From Verrucomicrobiia bacterium (GTDB lineage Bacteria; Verrucomicrobiota; Verrucomicrobiia; Limisphaerales; DASXHY01), in the NCBI GenBank assembly GCA_035765675.1, contig DASTXC010000007.1, positions 7,696-71,695 on the forward strand: a stretch of 64,000 bases of DNA, given 5' to 3'. Within the stretch, counting starts at the first letter, position 1. Each line of letters begins with the position of its first letter. Below, piece after piece: positions 41,281-51,231 of this stretch. The notes under the pieces are model-generated. The model worked only from the letters and a program-made list of their open reading frames with translations, searched no databases and was not told where the DNA came from. A program made the position numbers and the translations under genes.

Positions 41281-42165
41281 TCAGCCTTCTTTCAGAATCG
41301 TGAGGAATTGTTTCATCGCCGGCGACAGCACCTTGTTCTTTTTGTAAATCGCGGCGAGTGGGCGATAAAATTCCCCATCTTCAAACGGCACGGAAATCAG
41401 TGTTTGCTTGTTCACTTCCTGGCCGATGGTGCTGACGGGCACAATGGAAATGCCAGCATCGATTTCCACCGCGCGTTTCACGGTTTCGATGTTGTCGAAT
41501 TCCATGACCGTGTTCACCTCCACCTCGTGATCTTTCAGGATTTTGTCCAACGCCTTGCGCGTGGGAATATCAGGTTCGAAACCGATGAATTTTTGTCCGG
41601 CCAAAGTCTTGAGCTTGGCGGTTTTCAGTTTCGCAAACGGATGCTGCGGATGACAGATCAGCACCAGCGGATCTTTGCGCAGCGAAATCACTTCCACCTT
41701 CGGATCGCGCGTTGGATAGGCAACGAGCCCGAGATCAACCACGTTGCCGAGAACGTCTTCGTAAACCTGATTCGCACGGCGATATTCCACGTGAACATTC
41801 ACCGTGGGATAGTCTTTTAGAAAACGTTTGATGTACGGCGGAAGATCATGCAGCCCGATGCTATAAATCGTCGCGACGCGGATGGTTCCGGAAATGATGT
41901 CTTTGATTTCCTGAAGCTTGCTGTGCAGCGCGTCGTAGGTCTGGATGATCTGCTTGCTGAAATCGTAAAGCACCTGGCCTTCCCGCGTGAGGCGGAATTT
42001 CTTTTTGCTGCGTTCAATGAGAAGCGATTTGAACTGGCGTTCCAACGAACTGATCTGCTGGCTGACGGCGGATTGCGTTACTTCGTTGATCTGGGCGGCT
42101 TTCGTAAAACTTTCGGTTTCGGCGAGGTCACAGAAAACTTTCAGACTTTCAATTTGCATAAGCAA
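41281..42165 (-). CDS. LysR-family transcriptional regulator
   Basis: The N-terminal HTH is LKVFCDLAETESFTKAAQINEVTQSAVSQQISSLE. A LysR substrate-binding domain follows. Confidence 0.9.
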   Translation of the reverse strand: MLMQIESLKVFCDLAETESFTKAAQINEVTQSAVSQQISSLERQFKSLLIERSKKKFRLTREGQVLYDFSKQIIQTYDALHSKLQEIKDIISGTIRVATIYSIGLHDLPPYIKRFLKDYPTVNVHVEYRRANQVYEDVLGNVVDLGLVAYPTRDPKVEVISLRKDPLVLICHPQHPFAKLKTAKLKTLAGQKFIGFEPDIPTRKALDKILKDHEVEVNTVMEFDNIETVKRAVEIDAGISIVPVSTIGQEVNKQTLISVPFEDGEFYRPLAAIYKKNKVLSPAMKQFLTILKEG

Positions 42166-42355
42166 AGTGAATACGAAAAATTCTTATGCAAGTCAACTTA
42201 TGCGAATGAGGCTGCCGGTAGGCACATAAAGGAAGCCGAAGCGAAAGGGATGCGCAGCTTCGATTGCGTTTCAGATCGACTGTCGGAAATGCGGAGAGAT
42301 CCAGAAAGGCAAATGCGTCGTCGAGATTTGCCAATCCAATTCAAAATTCTACGCG

Positions 42356-43873
42356 TCAGGAAATCTGGTCAGATTCGCCGTCCGATAAGATGGATCGCAC
42401 CTTGAGCAACAGTTCGTGGCTCGTGAACGGTTTCTGCAAATAGCTGAGTGTGTCATCCTGATTCGCCGAACGCACAAAACCGCTCGTGCAAAGAATGGGG
42501 GTTTGCGGTGAAAGTTGTCGCAGATGCTCCGCCAATTCCCGCCCGCTCATCGCGGGCATCACCATGTCGGTAATCACCAGGTCAATCCGCGGTTCCGGTT
42601 TGGAAAATTGTTCCAGCGCTTTTTGGCCACTGTTCGCAATCAATACATTGTAGCCGTAAGCGCTGAGAATGGTTTTCGCCATCGTCAGCACCAGATCCTC
42701 GTCATCGACAAACAGGATCGTTTCCCGACCCGTTAAATCATGCGAGCCGAGGGATTGATCCTGAACGATGCGTTTCTCCGCCGGCAGATAAACACGCACG
42801 GAAGTTCCCACGCCCGGCTGACTGGAAACTGCCACGCCGCCGCCGTGATTGGTCACAATTCCGTAAACCAGCGCCAGTCCCAAACCGCGATGCCCGCTCG
42901 CTTTTCGGGTCGTAAAAAACGGTTCGAAAATGCGCGGCAAAACATCCGGCGCGATGCCCGTGCCGCTATCGCTGATTTCCACGCAAACGTAAGTGCCGGG
43001 CGCGAGCCGCAGATCGCGATCCTGCGTGCCCTGGGATAATTCCACATTGCGCGTTTGCACCGTGATGCGCCCGCTGGTGACGATAGCTTCGTTCGCGTTC
43101 TCCAGAATTTTCACGAACGCCTGCTGCATCTTGGCTTCGTCGAATTTCGCGGTGAACAGCTTCCGCTCCAACTGCACGTTCCAGGAAATCTGTTTTGTGG
43201 TCGCGCCGCGCAGAATCTCCGCGCTGCGTTGCGCGATGGAATTCAGATTGCCGCTCGCCTGCGTGCGCGCCTCTTTTTCCTGGCGGCTGAACGTTCCCAG
43301 GTCATTCGCAATCTCCGCCGCTTTCGATGCTGATTTTTCAACCTCGACCAGCAGATGACGCCATGGATTGTTCGATTCCATTTGGCTCAGAATGAGCGAC
43401 GTGTAACCGAGGATGCTTGTCAGCGCGTTGTTGAAATCGAGCGAAACCGTTCGCGCCAGTTGCAGCGCGACATCGAGCTTATGTTTTTGCGCGAGAGTGA
43501 AATCTGTGGGCGGCCCTTTGGAATCCGCGGCGAAGGACCAATCCGGCAGGAGCTGAAAGAGAAAGTAACGTTGCGCGTCTTTGTGAAACGAGCAGATGGA
43601 AACGGAAAACGAGCTGACGCCGCCGCCTTTCACCCGAAATTTCAACGAGAGATTCGCGGCGGGTGAACGTTCCCATTGTGCGAGAAATTGTTCCGCTGCC
43701 GGACCGTTTTCCGCCGCCCAGATGGCTCCCAACAACGGCGCCGCCCCTTCCAATGCCGGACCGAACAGCTTGCGGGCTGTTTGGTTCGAACGCAGGATGG
43801 TGCAGGCGTCATTGACCAGCAAAGCGGGCCAGCCGGCATTTTCCAGCGCGAAGACTTCGTCCAGTTTAATCAC
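42356..43873 (-). CDS. hybrid sensor kinase-like protein (HisKA-like + HATPase + receiver) lacking the canonical H-box histidine
   Basis: The N, G1, F and G2 boxes are present (ILENANEA, DSGTGI, FEPFFTT, GLGLALV). The receiver has VITDMVMP. The H-box reads VSLDFNNALTSILGY instead of AHDFNN. Confidence 0.85.
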   Translation of the reverse strand: MIKLDEVFALENAGWPALLVNDACTILRSNQTARKLFGPALEGAAPLLGAIWAAENGPAAEQFLAQWERSPAANLSLKFRVKGGGVSSFSVSICSFHKDAQRYFLFQLLPDWSFAADSKGPPTDFTLAQKHKLDVALQLARTVSLDFNNALTSILGYTSLILSQMESNNPWRHLLVEVEKSASKAAEIANDLGTFSRQEKEARTQASGNLNSIAQRSAEILRGATTKQISWNVQLERKLFTAKFDEAKMQQAFVKILENANEAIVTSGRITVQTRNVELSQGTQDRDLRLAPGTYVCVEISDSGTGIAPDVLPRIFEPFFTTRKASGHRGLGLALVYGIVTNHGGGVAVSSQPGVGTSVRVYLPAEKRIVQDQSLGSHDLTGRETILFVDDEDLVLTMAKTILSAYGYNVLIANSGQKALEQFSKPEPRIDLVITDMVMPAMSGRELAEHLRQLSPQTPILCTSGFVRSANQDDTLSYLQKPFTSHELLLKVRSILSDGESDQIS

Positions 43874-43879
43874 GTTTTG

Positions 43880-44809
43880 TCAGCTTCGCAGCTTACGGCC
43901 AGAGCCCGTTTTCTCCAAGAATTCTTTGCCGTGCAGCTCCGCAAATCCGGCCAGCAACTGCGCCGCGGTACGCTTCACGCGCTCGCCGGTTTCCAGAACT
44001 TCCGCATGGGAAATCTTTCCGCGGCTCCGTCCTGCGGCGAGATTCGTAATGCACGAAACGGCCGCGACGCGCAATCCGCATTGCCGCGCCACAATGACTT
44101 CCGGCACGGTGCTCATCCCGACCGCATCCGCGCCCAGCCGCGCGAACGCGCGAATCTCCGCGGGCGTTTCGTAACTTGGACCCGAAACCGCGAGATAAAT
44201 TCCGGAGTGTAATTTCATCTTCGCACTTCGCGCCGCGCGCTGGAGGAGCTTTCGCAAAGCCGGATCGTAAGCGTTCGTCAAATCCACGAAGCGATTCAAT
44301 CCTGGAAACGCTTCGCCGCGCAATGGGTTGACGCCCATGAAATTGATGTGATCGGAAATCGCCATGAAATCGCCGGGGGCCAACGCGCAATTGATTCCGC
44401 CCGCTGCGTTGGTCAGCAAAAGATCGCGAATTCCCAACGCTGCCAGCACGCGAATGGGGAAGGTGATTCCTGAAAACGAAAGCCCTTCATAAAAGTGCGT
44501 GCGACCGTTCAGGATCAGCACCGAGGTGCCGGCCAAAATTCCGACGATCAATTCTCCGGCGTGGCCCACAACGCCCGTTTGCGGAAAGCCGGGAAGTTCG
44601 GCATACGAAATCCGGCGCTCGACCTTCAGGCGGGTCAACGCGTGTTGAAATCCGCTTCCCAGCACAATGGCCAGGGCGGGCCGTGAGCGGGTGAGTTTTC
44701 GGATTTTTGCTACCGCAATTTTCACCCGCGGATTAAGCCACACCCGCCCGCGCCGGAGCAAGCAGCGATGGGAAAGTGAGGTTTGATTGAAGCTGATGTT
44801 CCATTTCAC
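43880..44809 (-). CDS. punA: purine nucleoside phosphorylase (PNP/PunA type)
   Basis: The motifs are ALAIVLGSGF, GFPQTGVVGHAGELIVG, GRTHFYEG, GPSYETPAEIRAF and GMSTVPE. The true start is probably downstream of 44809. Confidence 0.9.
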   Translation of the reverse strand: MKWNISFNQTSLSHRCLLRRGRVWLNPRVKIAVAKIRKLTRSRPALAIVLGSGFQHALTRLKVERRISYAELPGFPQTGVVGHAGELIVGILAGTSVLILNGRTHFYEGLSFSGITFPIRVLAALGIRDLLLTNAAGGINCALAPGDFMAISDHINFMGVNPLRGEAFPGLNRFVDLTNAYDPALRKLLQRAARSAKMKLHSGIYLAVSGPSYETPAEIRAFARLGADAVGMSTVPEVIVARQCGLRVAAVSCITNLAAGRSRGKISHAEVLETGERVKRTAAQLLAGFAELHGKEFLEKTGSGRKLRS

Positions 44810-44947
44810 TCTCGCCGCGTGAAGAACGATCGGGAAGAGCTGGAGAGACGGGCTTTTGATTTCTCGGCAATCGTTTCAATCACATCTGAAAACCTCGCTT
44901 GACTTGATTTTTCTGTCGGGTGCCATACGCTACGCTGCCTTTGATTT

Positions 44948-46096
44948 ATGCAACTGAACAATGAAGAAATCCGCCGGTACTCGCGGCATTTGATCCTGCC
45001 GGAAGTCGGATTGGCCGGACAAAAGAAAATTAAAGCGACGAGCGTTTTCTGCATCGGCGCGGGCGGCCTCGGTTCTCCGATCGCGATGTATCTCGCCGCG
45101 GCGGGCATCGGTAAAATCGGCATTGTGGATTTCGACACTGTGGATCAGTCCAATCTGCAGCGCCAGATTCTCCACACCGACGCCGATGTCGGACGTTCCA
45201 AAGCGCAATCGGCCAAGGAAACGATCAACGCCATCAATCCCAACGTTGAAGTCGTCCTGCACGAAACCCGCATCACTTCCGAAAACGCGCTCGATCTGAT
45301 TCGTCCCTACGACATCGTGGTGGACGGCACGGATAATTTTCCGACTCGTTATCTTACGAACGACGCCTGCGTGCTGTTGAACAAGCCGAACGTTTACGGT
45401 TCCATTTTCCGATTCGAAGGCCAGGCCAGCGTGTTCGCGCCGCATCTGGGCGGACCGTGCTATCGTTGTCTTTATCCCGAACCGCCGCCGCCGGGAATGG
45501 TTCCGAGTTGCGCGGAAGGCGGCGTGCTGGGTGTGTTGCCGGGATTGATCGGTTGTATTCAAACCACCGAGATTTTGAAACTCGCACTCGGCGCGGGCAC
45601 TTCCCTCGTTGGCCGGTTGATGTTGTTCAACGCCCTCGACATGAAGTTCCGCGAACTCAAGCTGCGCAAAGATCCGGCCTGCCCGGTCTGCGGCGAAAAT
45701 CCCACGATCAAGGAATTGATCGATTACGAAATGTTCTGCGGCATCACGCCCGAATCGGCGGAGCCGACGGAAAATCCGGACGAAGTCACCGTTCAGGACA
45801 TGAAGAATGCACTGGAGAATCCGAGCCTCGGCATCAAGGTCATCGATGTCCGCGAGCCGGACGAATACGAGATTGCGCATGTGGAAAACGTGCCGTTGCT
45901 GCCGCTGAGTCAGTTGCAGGAACGTTTCACCGAGCTGGATCCGAACCAGCAATATTATCTGCACTGCAAAGGCGGCGTGCGTTCGCTCAAGGCGCTGAAC
46001 TTCCTGCGCGATCAGGGATTCAAATACATCAAGAGCGTCAAAGGCGGCATCAGCGCCTGGTCGGAGGAAATCGATCCGAACGTGCCGCAGTATTGA
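44948..46096 (+). CDS. moeB: MoeB/ThiF-type adenylyltransferase fused to rhodanese domain (MoeZ-like)
   Basis: The motifs are RYSRHLILPEVGLAGQKK, GAGGLGSP and CxxC pairs (CYRC, CPVC). The C-terminal rhodanese motif is LHCKGGVRS. Confidence 0.9.
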   Translation: MQLNNEEIRRYSRHLILPEVGLAGQKKIKATSVFCIGAGGLGSPIAMYLAAAGIGKIGIVDFDTVDQSNLQRQILHTDADVGRSKAQSAKETINAINPNVEVVLHETRITSENALDLIRPYDIVVDGTDNFPTRYLTNDACVLLNKPNVYGSIFRFEGQASVFAPHLGGPCYRCLYPEPPPPGMVPSCAEGGVLGVLPGLIGCIQTTEILKLALGAGTSLVGRLMLFNALDMKFRELKLRKDPACPVCGENPTIKELIDYEMFCGITPESAEPTENPDEVTVQDMKNALENPSLGIKVIDVREPDEYEIAHVENVPLLPLSQLQERFTELDPNQQYYLHCKGGVRSLKALNFLRDQGFKYIKSVKGGISAWSEEIDPNVPQY

Positions 46097-46282
46097 GCGT
46101 GGCGTTTGATTGCTGAGCATTCGGAGCGCGGAGCATTGCTTCGCGCTCCGTTTGCGTTTTGCCGTTGAGTTGGCTTCCCACAGTCCTTCTCAGTTCCTTC
46201 CGTTTCCTTCTGTTAAAGATTCAATTCGAAATTCGTAAATGCGTTGAACCTTTTCTCGCGTTCGGCATTCCACTGATTGTAA

Positions 46283-46834
46283 ATGCTGGTGGTGGCTGAA
46301 CCCGAACAATTGCCCGTGACACAGGCCAAGGCTGGCGAAGCCGCGGCCTGGGACGCTCTCTTCAAACGCTACCAGCTCCCGCTTTACGTGTATGTGTTTG
46401 AACTCGTTCACGACGAACAGGCGAGCCTCGATCTCGTTCAGGAAACATTCATTACCGCCGTTCGGTACATCAGCGGATTGCGCGACGATGCGAAGTTTGG
46501 AAGCTGGATCTTCGGCATTGCGCATCAGAAATGGATTCAACGCTGGCGCAAACAATCACGGGAAAACAGCGCGCTGGAAGAACTGGAAAACGCGCCGCCC
46601 GACTTCCATGAAAGTCCCGACGACTGGCTCATCCGGCAGGAGGACGAAAGTGAATTCATGAACCTGTTGAATCAATTACCTCCGCCGCAGCGCTCGGCTT
46701 TGCTGCTGTTTTTCGTGGAGGAATTTTCGCTGGAAGAAATCGCGGAAATTACCAGCGCGTCGATTGGAACCGTGAAATCGCGGCTGCATTACGGCAAACG
46801 TGCCTTGCGGGAACTGTTGAAAGAAACACGATAA
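46283..46834 (+). CDS. ECF-type sigma-70 factor
   Basis: Region 2 is DLVQETFITAVR..FGSWIFGIA. Region 4 is LEEIAEITSASIGTVKSRLHYGKRAL. Confidence 0.85.
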   Translation: MLVVAEPEQLPVTQAKAGEAAAWDALFKRYQLPLYVYVFELVHDEQASLDLVQETFITAVRYISGLRDDAKFGSWIFGIAHQKWIQRWRKQSRENSALEELENAPPDFHESPDDWLIRQEDESEFMNLLNQLPPPQRSALLLFFVEEFSLEEIAEITSASIGTVKSRLHYGKRALRELLKETR

Positions 46835-46835
46835 T

Positions 46836-47186
46836 GAAGACCCTTGAATTCAACGCAAAGACGCAAAGGAGCCAGGGCGCAAAGGAAACGCAAACGGAAT
46901 TCTGCAGCAACGATGGATCGAACTCCAGCAGGTCGAGGTGGCCGATCACTCCCTCTCTTCCGAGCGAAGCCGGAGGAGAGGGTCGGGGTGAGGAGGTTTT
47001 CAGCTCAAAATCCGTTCGCCCTGACTCTCTCCTCACGCTTCACGTCCGCGGAATCGGAGCGCGAGTCTGCGACTCGCAGCACGTTCGAAAGGCGGCAGGC
47101 TGGAAATCTTTTTCGCGCGCTCGTTGCCAGCTTCGTTGCTGCGGCTCACAGAGTCGCGCTCCGATGGCGCCTTCGATCAAGCCGTT
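46836..47186. repeat. mosaic of dispersed repeats (family 1 inverted copy ~46940-47040 plus ggagcgcg..cgcgctcc hairpin units)
   Basis: ccctctcttccgagcgaagccggaggagaggg and ggagcgcgagtctgcgactcgcagc ... gagtcgcgctccg. These are the same units seen at 51326-51430 and 56586-56650. Confidence 0.7.
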
Positions 47187-47630
47187 ATGAAAACACCTCG
47201 CGACATTTTGCTGTACCGGCATCAATCCGCCAACGCCCGGTTGGATTCAATTCGAGGAAGCGTCCTCACCACGGAATGCCAATCCGAAACCCGAAATTCC
47301 AAACCCGAAACAAGGAATTTCAGAACGTTGCCATGGCGAGTTTTTGAGACGTTATGGAACGAACTGATTTTGCCAGCACGCCGCATCTGGGTGGGATTCG
47401 CTTTCATCTGGCTGGTCATCGCCGCCATCAATCTCGCTCAATTCAGCGGGTCACCAAACATGGAAGCGAAGTCAAAACCCGTCTCGACCGAAACGCTGCT
47501 GGCCTGGCGTGAGCAGGAGAGGATTCTGGCTGACCTCAGCGGCTGGACTGATTCGCGCGACGCGGACAAACCCAGATCGTTCAGTCCCAAACCGCGCAGT
47601 GAGCGGGAAGGTCGCTGGTGCGTTGTTTAG
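47187..47630 (+). CDS. single-pass membrane protein, candidate anti-sigma factor
   Basis: It starts MKTPRDILLYRH.. and has a TM helix (IWVGFAFIWLVIAAINL). Its position after the ECF sigma fits. No recognisable domain. Confidence 0.45.
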   Translation: MKTPRDILLYRHQSANARLDSIRGSVLTTECQSETRNSKPETRNFRTLPWRVFETLWNELILPARRIWVGFAFIWLVIAAINLAQFSGSPNMEAKSKPVSTETLLAWREQERILADLSGWTDSRDADKPRSFSPKPRSEREGRWCVV

Positions 47631-47684
47631 TCGTTGGCAAAAACCAGAAACTCCTCACGTCGTTACCTGCGAATTCAAATATTT

Positions 47685-49244
47685 ATGGAAAATCCGACGC
47701 AACCTTCCCGACCCGCGCGCCCCATCCGATTTTTTCGCTGGCTGTTCAGTTGGCGAATAATGCGGCGCGCGTTGATTGCCTTGATCGCGTTAATTACAGC
47801 AGTTGGAATTTTGATCACGGAAGAAAATTGGCGAGGTAAACGAGCGTTCGAAAATTACAAACGCGAAGCTGAAAAGAAGGGCGAACGATTTGATCTGGCC
47901 GATCTCATTCCGGCGCCTGTGCCTGACGATCAGAATTTTTTTAAAGATTCGTTTGTGGCTCGCACACTCAATCCAAGCCCAAATCTGGCCGGCAATGTGG
48001 AGTCGGTTGATCGTGAAGAATTTAATGTCATCCGAGGAAACTCAGAAAATTGGCCGAGCAAGGATGGTTCCTGGCAAAAAGGAAACGTGACCGACTTGGA
48101 AGAGTGGCAGCAATATTTTCGGAAGCTTGCGAATTCCGCATCGACCAAGGCTGATGCTTTTCCTGTTCCAACCAAACCCGGACTACCAGCGGTCGATGTG
48201 TTGCTGGGGCTAAGTCCTTTTGATGCTGCTGTCGAAAAGCTGCACGCAGCGGCGCGCCGTCCTTATGCCCGATTGCCTTTAAATTATGAAAGCGGTTTTG
48301 AAGTTGTCGGTGAAATGCTCCCCAGTCTGGCTGGAATAAAACGGTACGGGACATTTCTTAAGTTGCGAACGGTCGCCGAATTGCAGAACGGCGAAAGCAA
48401 GAAAGCATTGGCTGATGTGAGATTGTTACTTCGCCTGACAGACTCCCTCCGCAATCAACCGTTTGTCATCTCACATTTGGTCCGCCTTGCGATGGTCTCC
48501 TTGACAATTCAGCCAATTTACGAAGGTCTGGCTCAACATCGCTGGTCGGATGATCAACTGATCGAACTGGATCGGCAATTGGCGCAATTGGATTTTCTGG
48601 CTGATTATCGATTCGCGATGCGCGGCGAGCGGGCGTTCGCGATCGATTCTCTCGAACGGCAACGAATTACTCGTGAACAGAAAATCGTGGACGACAGTTC
48701 CGGAACGAACCAGGTGATCACCGTCAGTTTCCGTTTTACGCCCAGCGCTTTCTTTTATCAAAACGAGCTCGCCTTCGCCCGCCTGCATGAACAATTCGCT
48801 TTGCCACTGGTTGATTTGGACGCTCGAATTGTTTCGCCCGCTGCCACTCGAAAAGCCACCGCGGCCGTGCAGGAACAGACGAAACATTACTCACCTTACA
48901 AAATGATCGCGTTAATGACTTTCATTGGCGTTAACCGGAGTGTGATAAGATTTGCCGTCGGTCAGAATTCGGCGGATTTGGCCCGGGTTGCGTGCGCGTT
49001 GGAACGTTACTTTTTGGCTCACGGCAATTATCCGGAATCGCTGGAGTTGCTGGCACCACAATTTATCGAAAAACTTCCTCACGACATCATCAACGGCCAG
49101 CCATTAAAATATCGGCGCGGGACAAATGGCCGGTACATTCTCTACTCCGTTGGCTGGAATGAAACCGACGATAGTGGTGTGAGAGGGACTGGAAAACACG
49201 GTTGGGAAAATGGCGATTGGGTCTGGCAATTGCCGGCGCAATAG
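47685..49244 (+). CDS. membrane-anchored hypothetical protein
   Basis: The N-terminal TM is ALIALIALITAVGILI. The C-terminal GRYILYSVGWNETDDSG resembles pseudopilin-like C-terminal motifs. The start was chosen at 47685 and the longest ORF begins at 47634. Confidence 0.55.
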   Translation: MENPTQPSRPARPIRFFRWLFSWRIMRRALIALIALITAVGILITEENWRGKRAFENYKREAEKKGERFDLADLIPAPVPDDQNFFKDSFVARTLNPSPNLAGNVESVDREEFNVIRGNSENWPSKDGSWQKGNVTDLEEWQQYFRKLANSASTKADAFPVPTKPGLPAVDVLLGLSPFDAAVEKLHAAARRPYARLPLNYESGFEVVGEMLPSLAGIKRYGTFLKLRTVAELQNGESKKALADVRLLLRLTDSLRNQPFVISHLVRLAMVSLTIQPIYEGLAQHRWSDDQLIELDRQLAQLDFLADYRFAMRGERAFAIDSLERQRITREQKIVDDSSGTNQVITVSFRFTPSAFFYQNELAFARLHEQFALPLVDLDARIVSPAATRKATAAVQEQTKHYSPYKMIALMTFIGVNRSVIRFAVGQNSADLARVACALERYFLAHGNYPESLELLAPQFIEKLPHDIINGQPLKYRRGTNGRYILYSVGWNETDDSGVRGTGKHGWENGDWVWQLPAQ

Positions 49245-49424
49245 GAGCGCGGAATTTATTCCGCGTGATCGCATCCGCCGGAAGACTCGCGGAATGAATT
49301 CCGCGTTCCGGCCAGTTTTCCGTTTCCTCCGCTTCCACCTGTTGAAAAATTCCGCTGCCGTTTCCAGCTCGCTTGACTGGATGGCGTTTGCGTCTAAGCT
49401 CGCGCACTAAACTAAATTCACATC

Positions 49425-49808
49425 ATGGCTACCAAAACTGTCATCAAACCCGCGAAATCTCCCGCGGCTGTCGGCCCTTACAATCACGCCGTGCGCGTCG
49501 GCGAACTGCTGTTCTGCGCGGGACAAATTCCCATCGATCCTAAAGACGGCAATCTCATCCCCGGCGATATCAAAGCGCAGACCGAACGCGTGCTGCAAAA
49601 CGTGAAAGCGATTCTCGAAGATCAAGGCCTGAGCTTCGCGAATGTTGTTAAGAGCACGGTGTTCATGACCAATCTCGCCGACTTCGCCGGGATGAACGAA
49701 ATTTATTCCAAACATTTCACCAGCGATTTTCCGGCGCGTTCCACGGTTCAGGTTGCCGCGCTGCCTAAAGGCGCGAACGTGGAGATCGAAGTCATCGCGC
49801 ATTTCTGA
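49425..49808 (+). CDS. ridA: RidA/YjgF-family reactive-intermediate deaminase
   Basis: The motifs are PAAVGPYNHAVRVGELLFCAGQIP, VKSTVFMTNLADFAGMNEIY and ARSTVQVAALPKGANVEIE. Confidence 0.9.
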   Translation: MATKTVIKPAKSPAAVGPYNHAVRVGELLFCAGQIPIDPKDGNLIPGDIKAQTERVLQNVKAILEDQGLSFANVVKSTVFMTNLADFAGMNEIYSKHFTSDFPARSTVQVAALPKGANVEIEVIAHF

Positions 49809-49866
49809 TTCGCAGCGGCAACTCGTCAGAGCGCCGCAAATATTTTCGTTCGCAAACACACCAGCC

Positions 49867-51231
49867 ATGTCGAGTGGAGCTTATTTCCTGATCGGAATCG
49901 CAGCGGGCGGGCTGATCGGTTTGTTGATCGGCTGGCTGCTGGGACGGAATCGTCCAAGCGTCACCGACAATCGTTTGGAAAACGAATTGCGCCAGCAGGT
50001 CAGCCAGCGCGAATCCGAACTGGTTCAATTGCGGACACAGCTCTCCGAAAGCAACAACGCCCGCGCCAGTGCCGAAGCGCAACGCAGCGCGGCGGAAAAG
50101 CTCATCAGCGAACAACGCGTCTTGCACGAGCGCGCCATGCTGGATGCAAAGGAATCGCAGGCGAAAGCGCTGGCCGATTTGCGTGACGCGTTCAAAGCGT
50201 TGAGCGCCGACACGCTCAAGCAAACCGCGCCGGAATTTCTGCGATTGGCGGAACAGAGTTTTGGAAAATTCCAGGAAACGGCGAAGGGCGATCTGGAAAA
50301 GCGCCAGGAATCCATCAAGACTCTCGTCGAACCGCTCAAGCAACAACTGGAGGCATATCAGAAACGACTTCAGCAAAGCGAATCCGCGCAATCCTCCACG
50401 CTGGGCGAAGTGAAGAAGCAACTGGATTTGCTCTCGCAACAAAGCCAGTCGCTTGCGAACGAAACGCAGCAGTTTCGCATGGTGCTGAAGTCGAATCAGG
50501 CGCGCGGACGCTGGGGCGAAGAAACGTTGCGGCGCGTCGTGGAAGCGGCGGGAATGAGCGCGCATTGCGATTTCAGCGAGCAGATCAAAGAAGGTGAATC
50601 GAAACCGGATCTGATGGTTCGCTTGCCGGGCGAGCGCGTCATTATTGTGGATGCGAAAGTTCCGGATTTTGATTTTCTCAATGCGTTGGAATCGGCCGAT
50701 CCGCTGAAGCGCGCGGAGTCACTGGCGGCTCATGCGACGAAATTGAAATCCACGATTCGTTCGCTGGCGGATCGTGATTATCCAAAACAATTTCCCAGCG
50801 CGCTGGATTATGTGGTGTTGTTCGTGCCGGCTGAATCACTGTTCAGCGCCGCGCTGGAAGGCGATCACGATCTGATTGTCTGGGCCGCGGAGAAACGGAT
50901 CCTGCTCGCGACTCCCGCATCGTTGATCGCGCTGCTGCGTTCAGTGGCGGTGAGCTGGCAGCAATACGCGCAGACGGAAAACGCAGCGGCGATTGCGGAA
51001 GCGGCGCAGGAACTGTTCAATCGCGTCTGCAAGTTCACTGAACATTTCGAACGCATTCGCTCCAGTCTGGAGCAGGCGAACAACGCCTACAACGCGGCGG
51101 TGGGCAGTTACGAACGCATGGTGCGGCCCGCAGGTGAACGCATTCAAAAACTGCGCGGCGAAACTACCGGGAAGGAACTCGCGGATATTCCGCCGGTGGA
51201 AGGGGTGTTGCGATTGCCGCCGGGAGCGTGA
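49867..51231 (+). CDS. rmuC: DNA recombination protein RmuC
   Basis: It has an N-terminal TM, a long coiled coil, then RGRWGEETLRRVVEAAGM..PDLMVRLPGERVIIVDAKVP..YVVLFVPAE. Confidence 0.9.
   Translation: MSSGAYFLIGIAAGGLIGLLIGWLLGRNRPSVTDNRLENELRQQVSQRESELVQLRTQLSESNNARASAEAQRSAAEKLISEQRVLHERAMLDAKESQAKALADLRDAFKALSADTLKQTAPEFLRLAEQSFGKFQETAKGDLEKRQESIKTLVEPLKQQLEAYQKRLQQSESAQSSTLGEVKKQLDLLSQQSQSLANETQQFRMVLKSNQARGRWGEETLRRVVEAAGMSAHCDFSEQIKEGESKPDLMVRLPGERVIIVDAKVPDFDFLNALESADPLKRAESLAAHATKLKSTIRSLADRDYPKQFPSALDYVVLFVPAESLFSAALEGDHDLIVWAAEKRILLATPASLIALLRSVAVSWQQYAQTENAAAIAEAAQELFNRVCKFTEHFERIRSSLEQANNAYNAAVGSYERMVRPAGERIQKLRGETTGKELADIPPVEGVLRLPPGA

Noticed and set aside
44810-44947. Regulatory RNA or riboswitch between punA and moeB.
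   Set aside because: The short divergent intergenic region showed no conserved riboswitch-like motif that I could recognise by eye.
46834-47347. ORFs 46834-47190 and 46844-47347 as real genes.
   Set aside because: They are translations of dispersed repeat units that recur elsewhere in non-coding positions.
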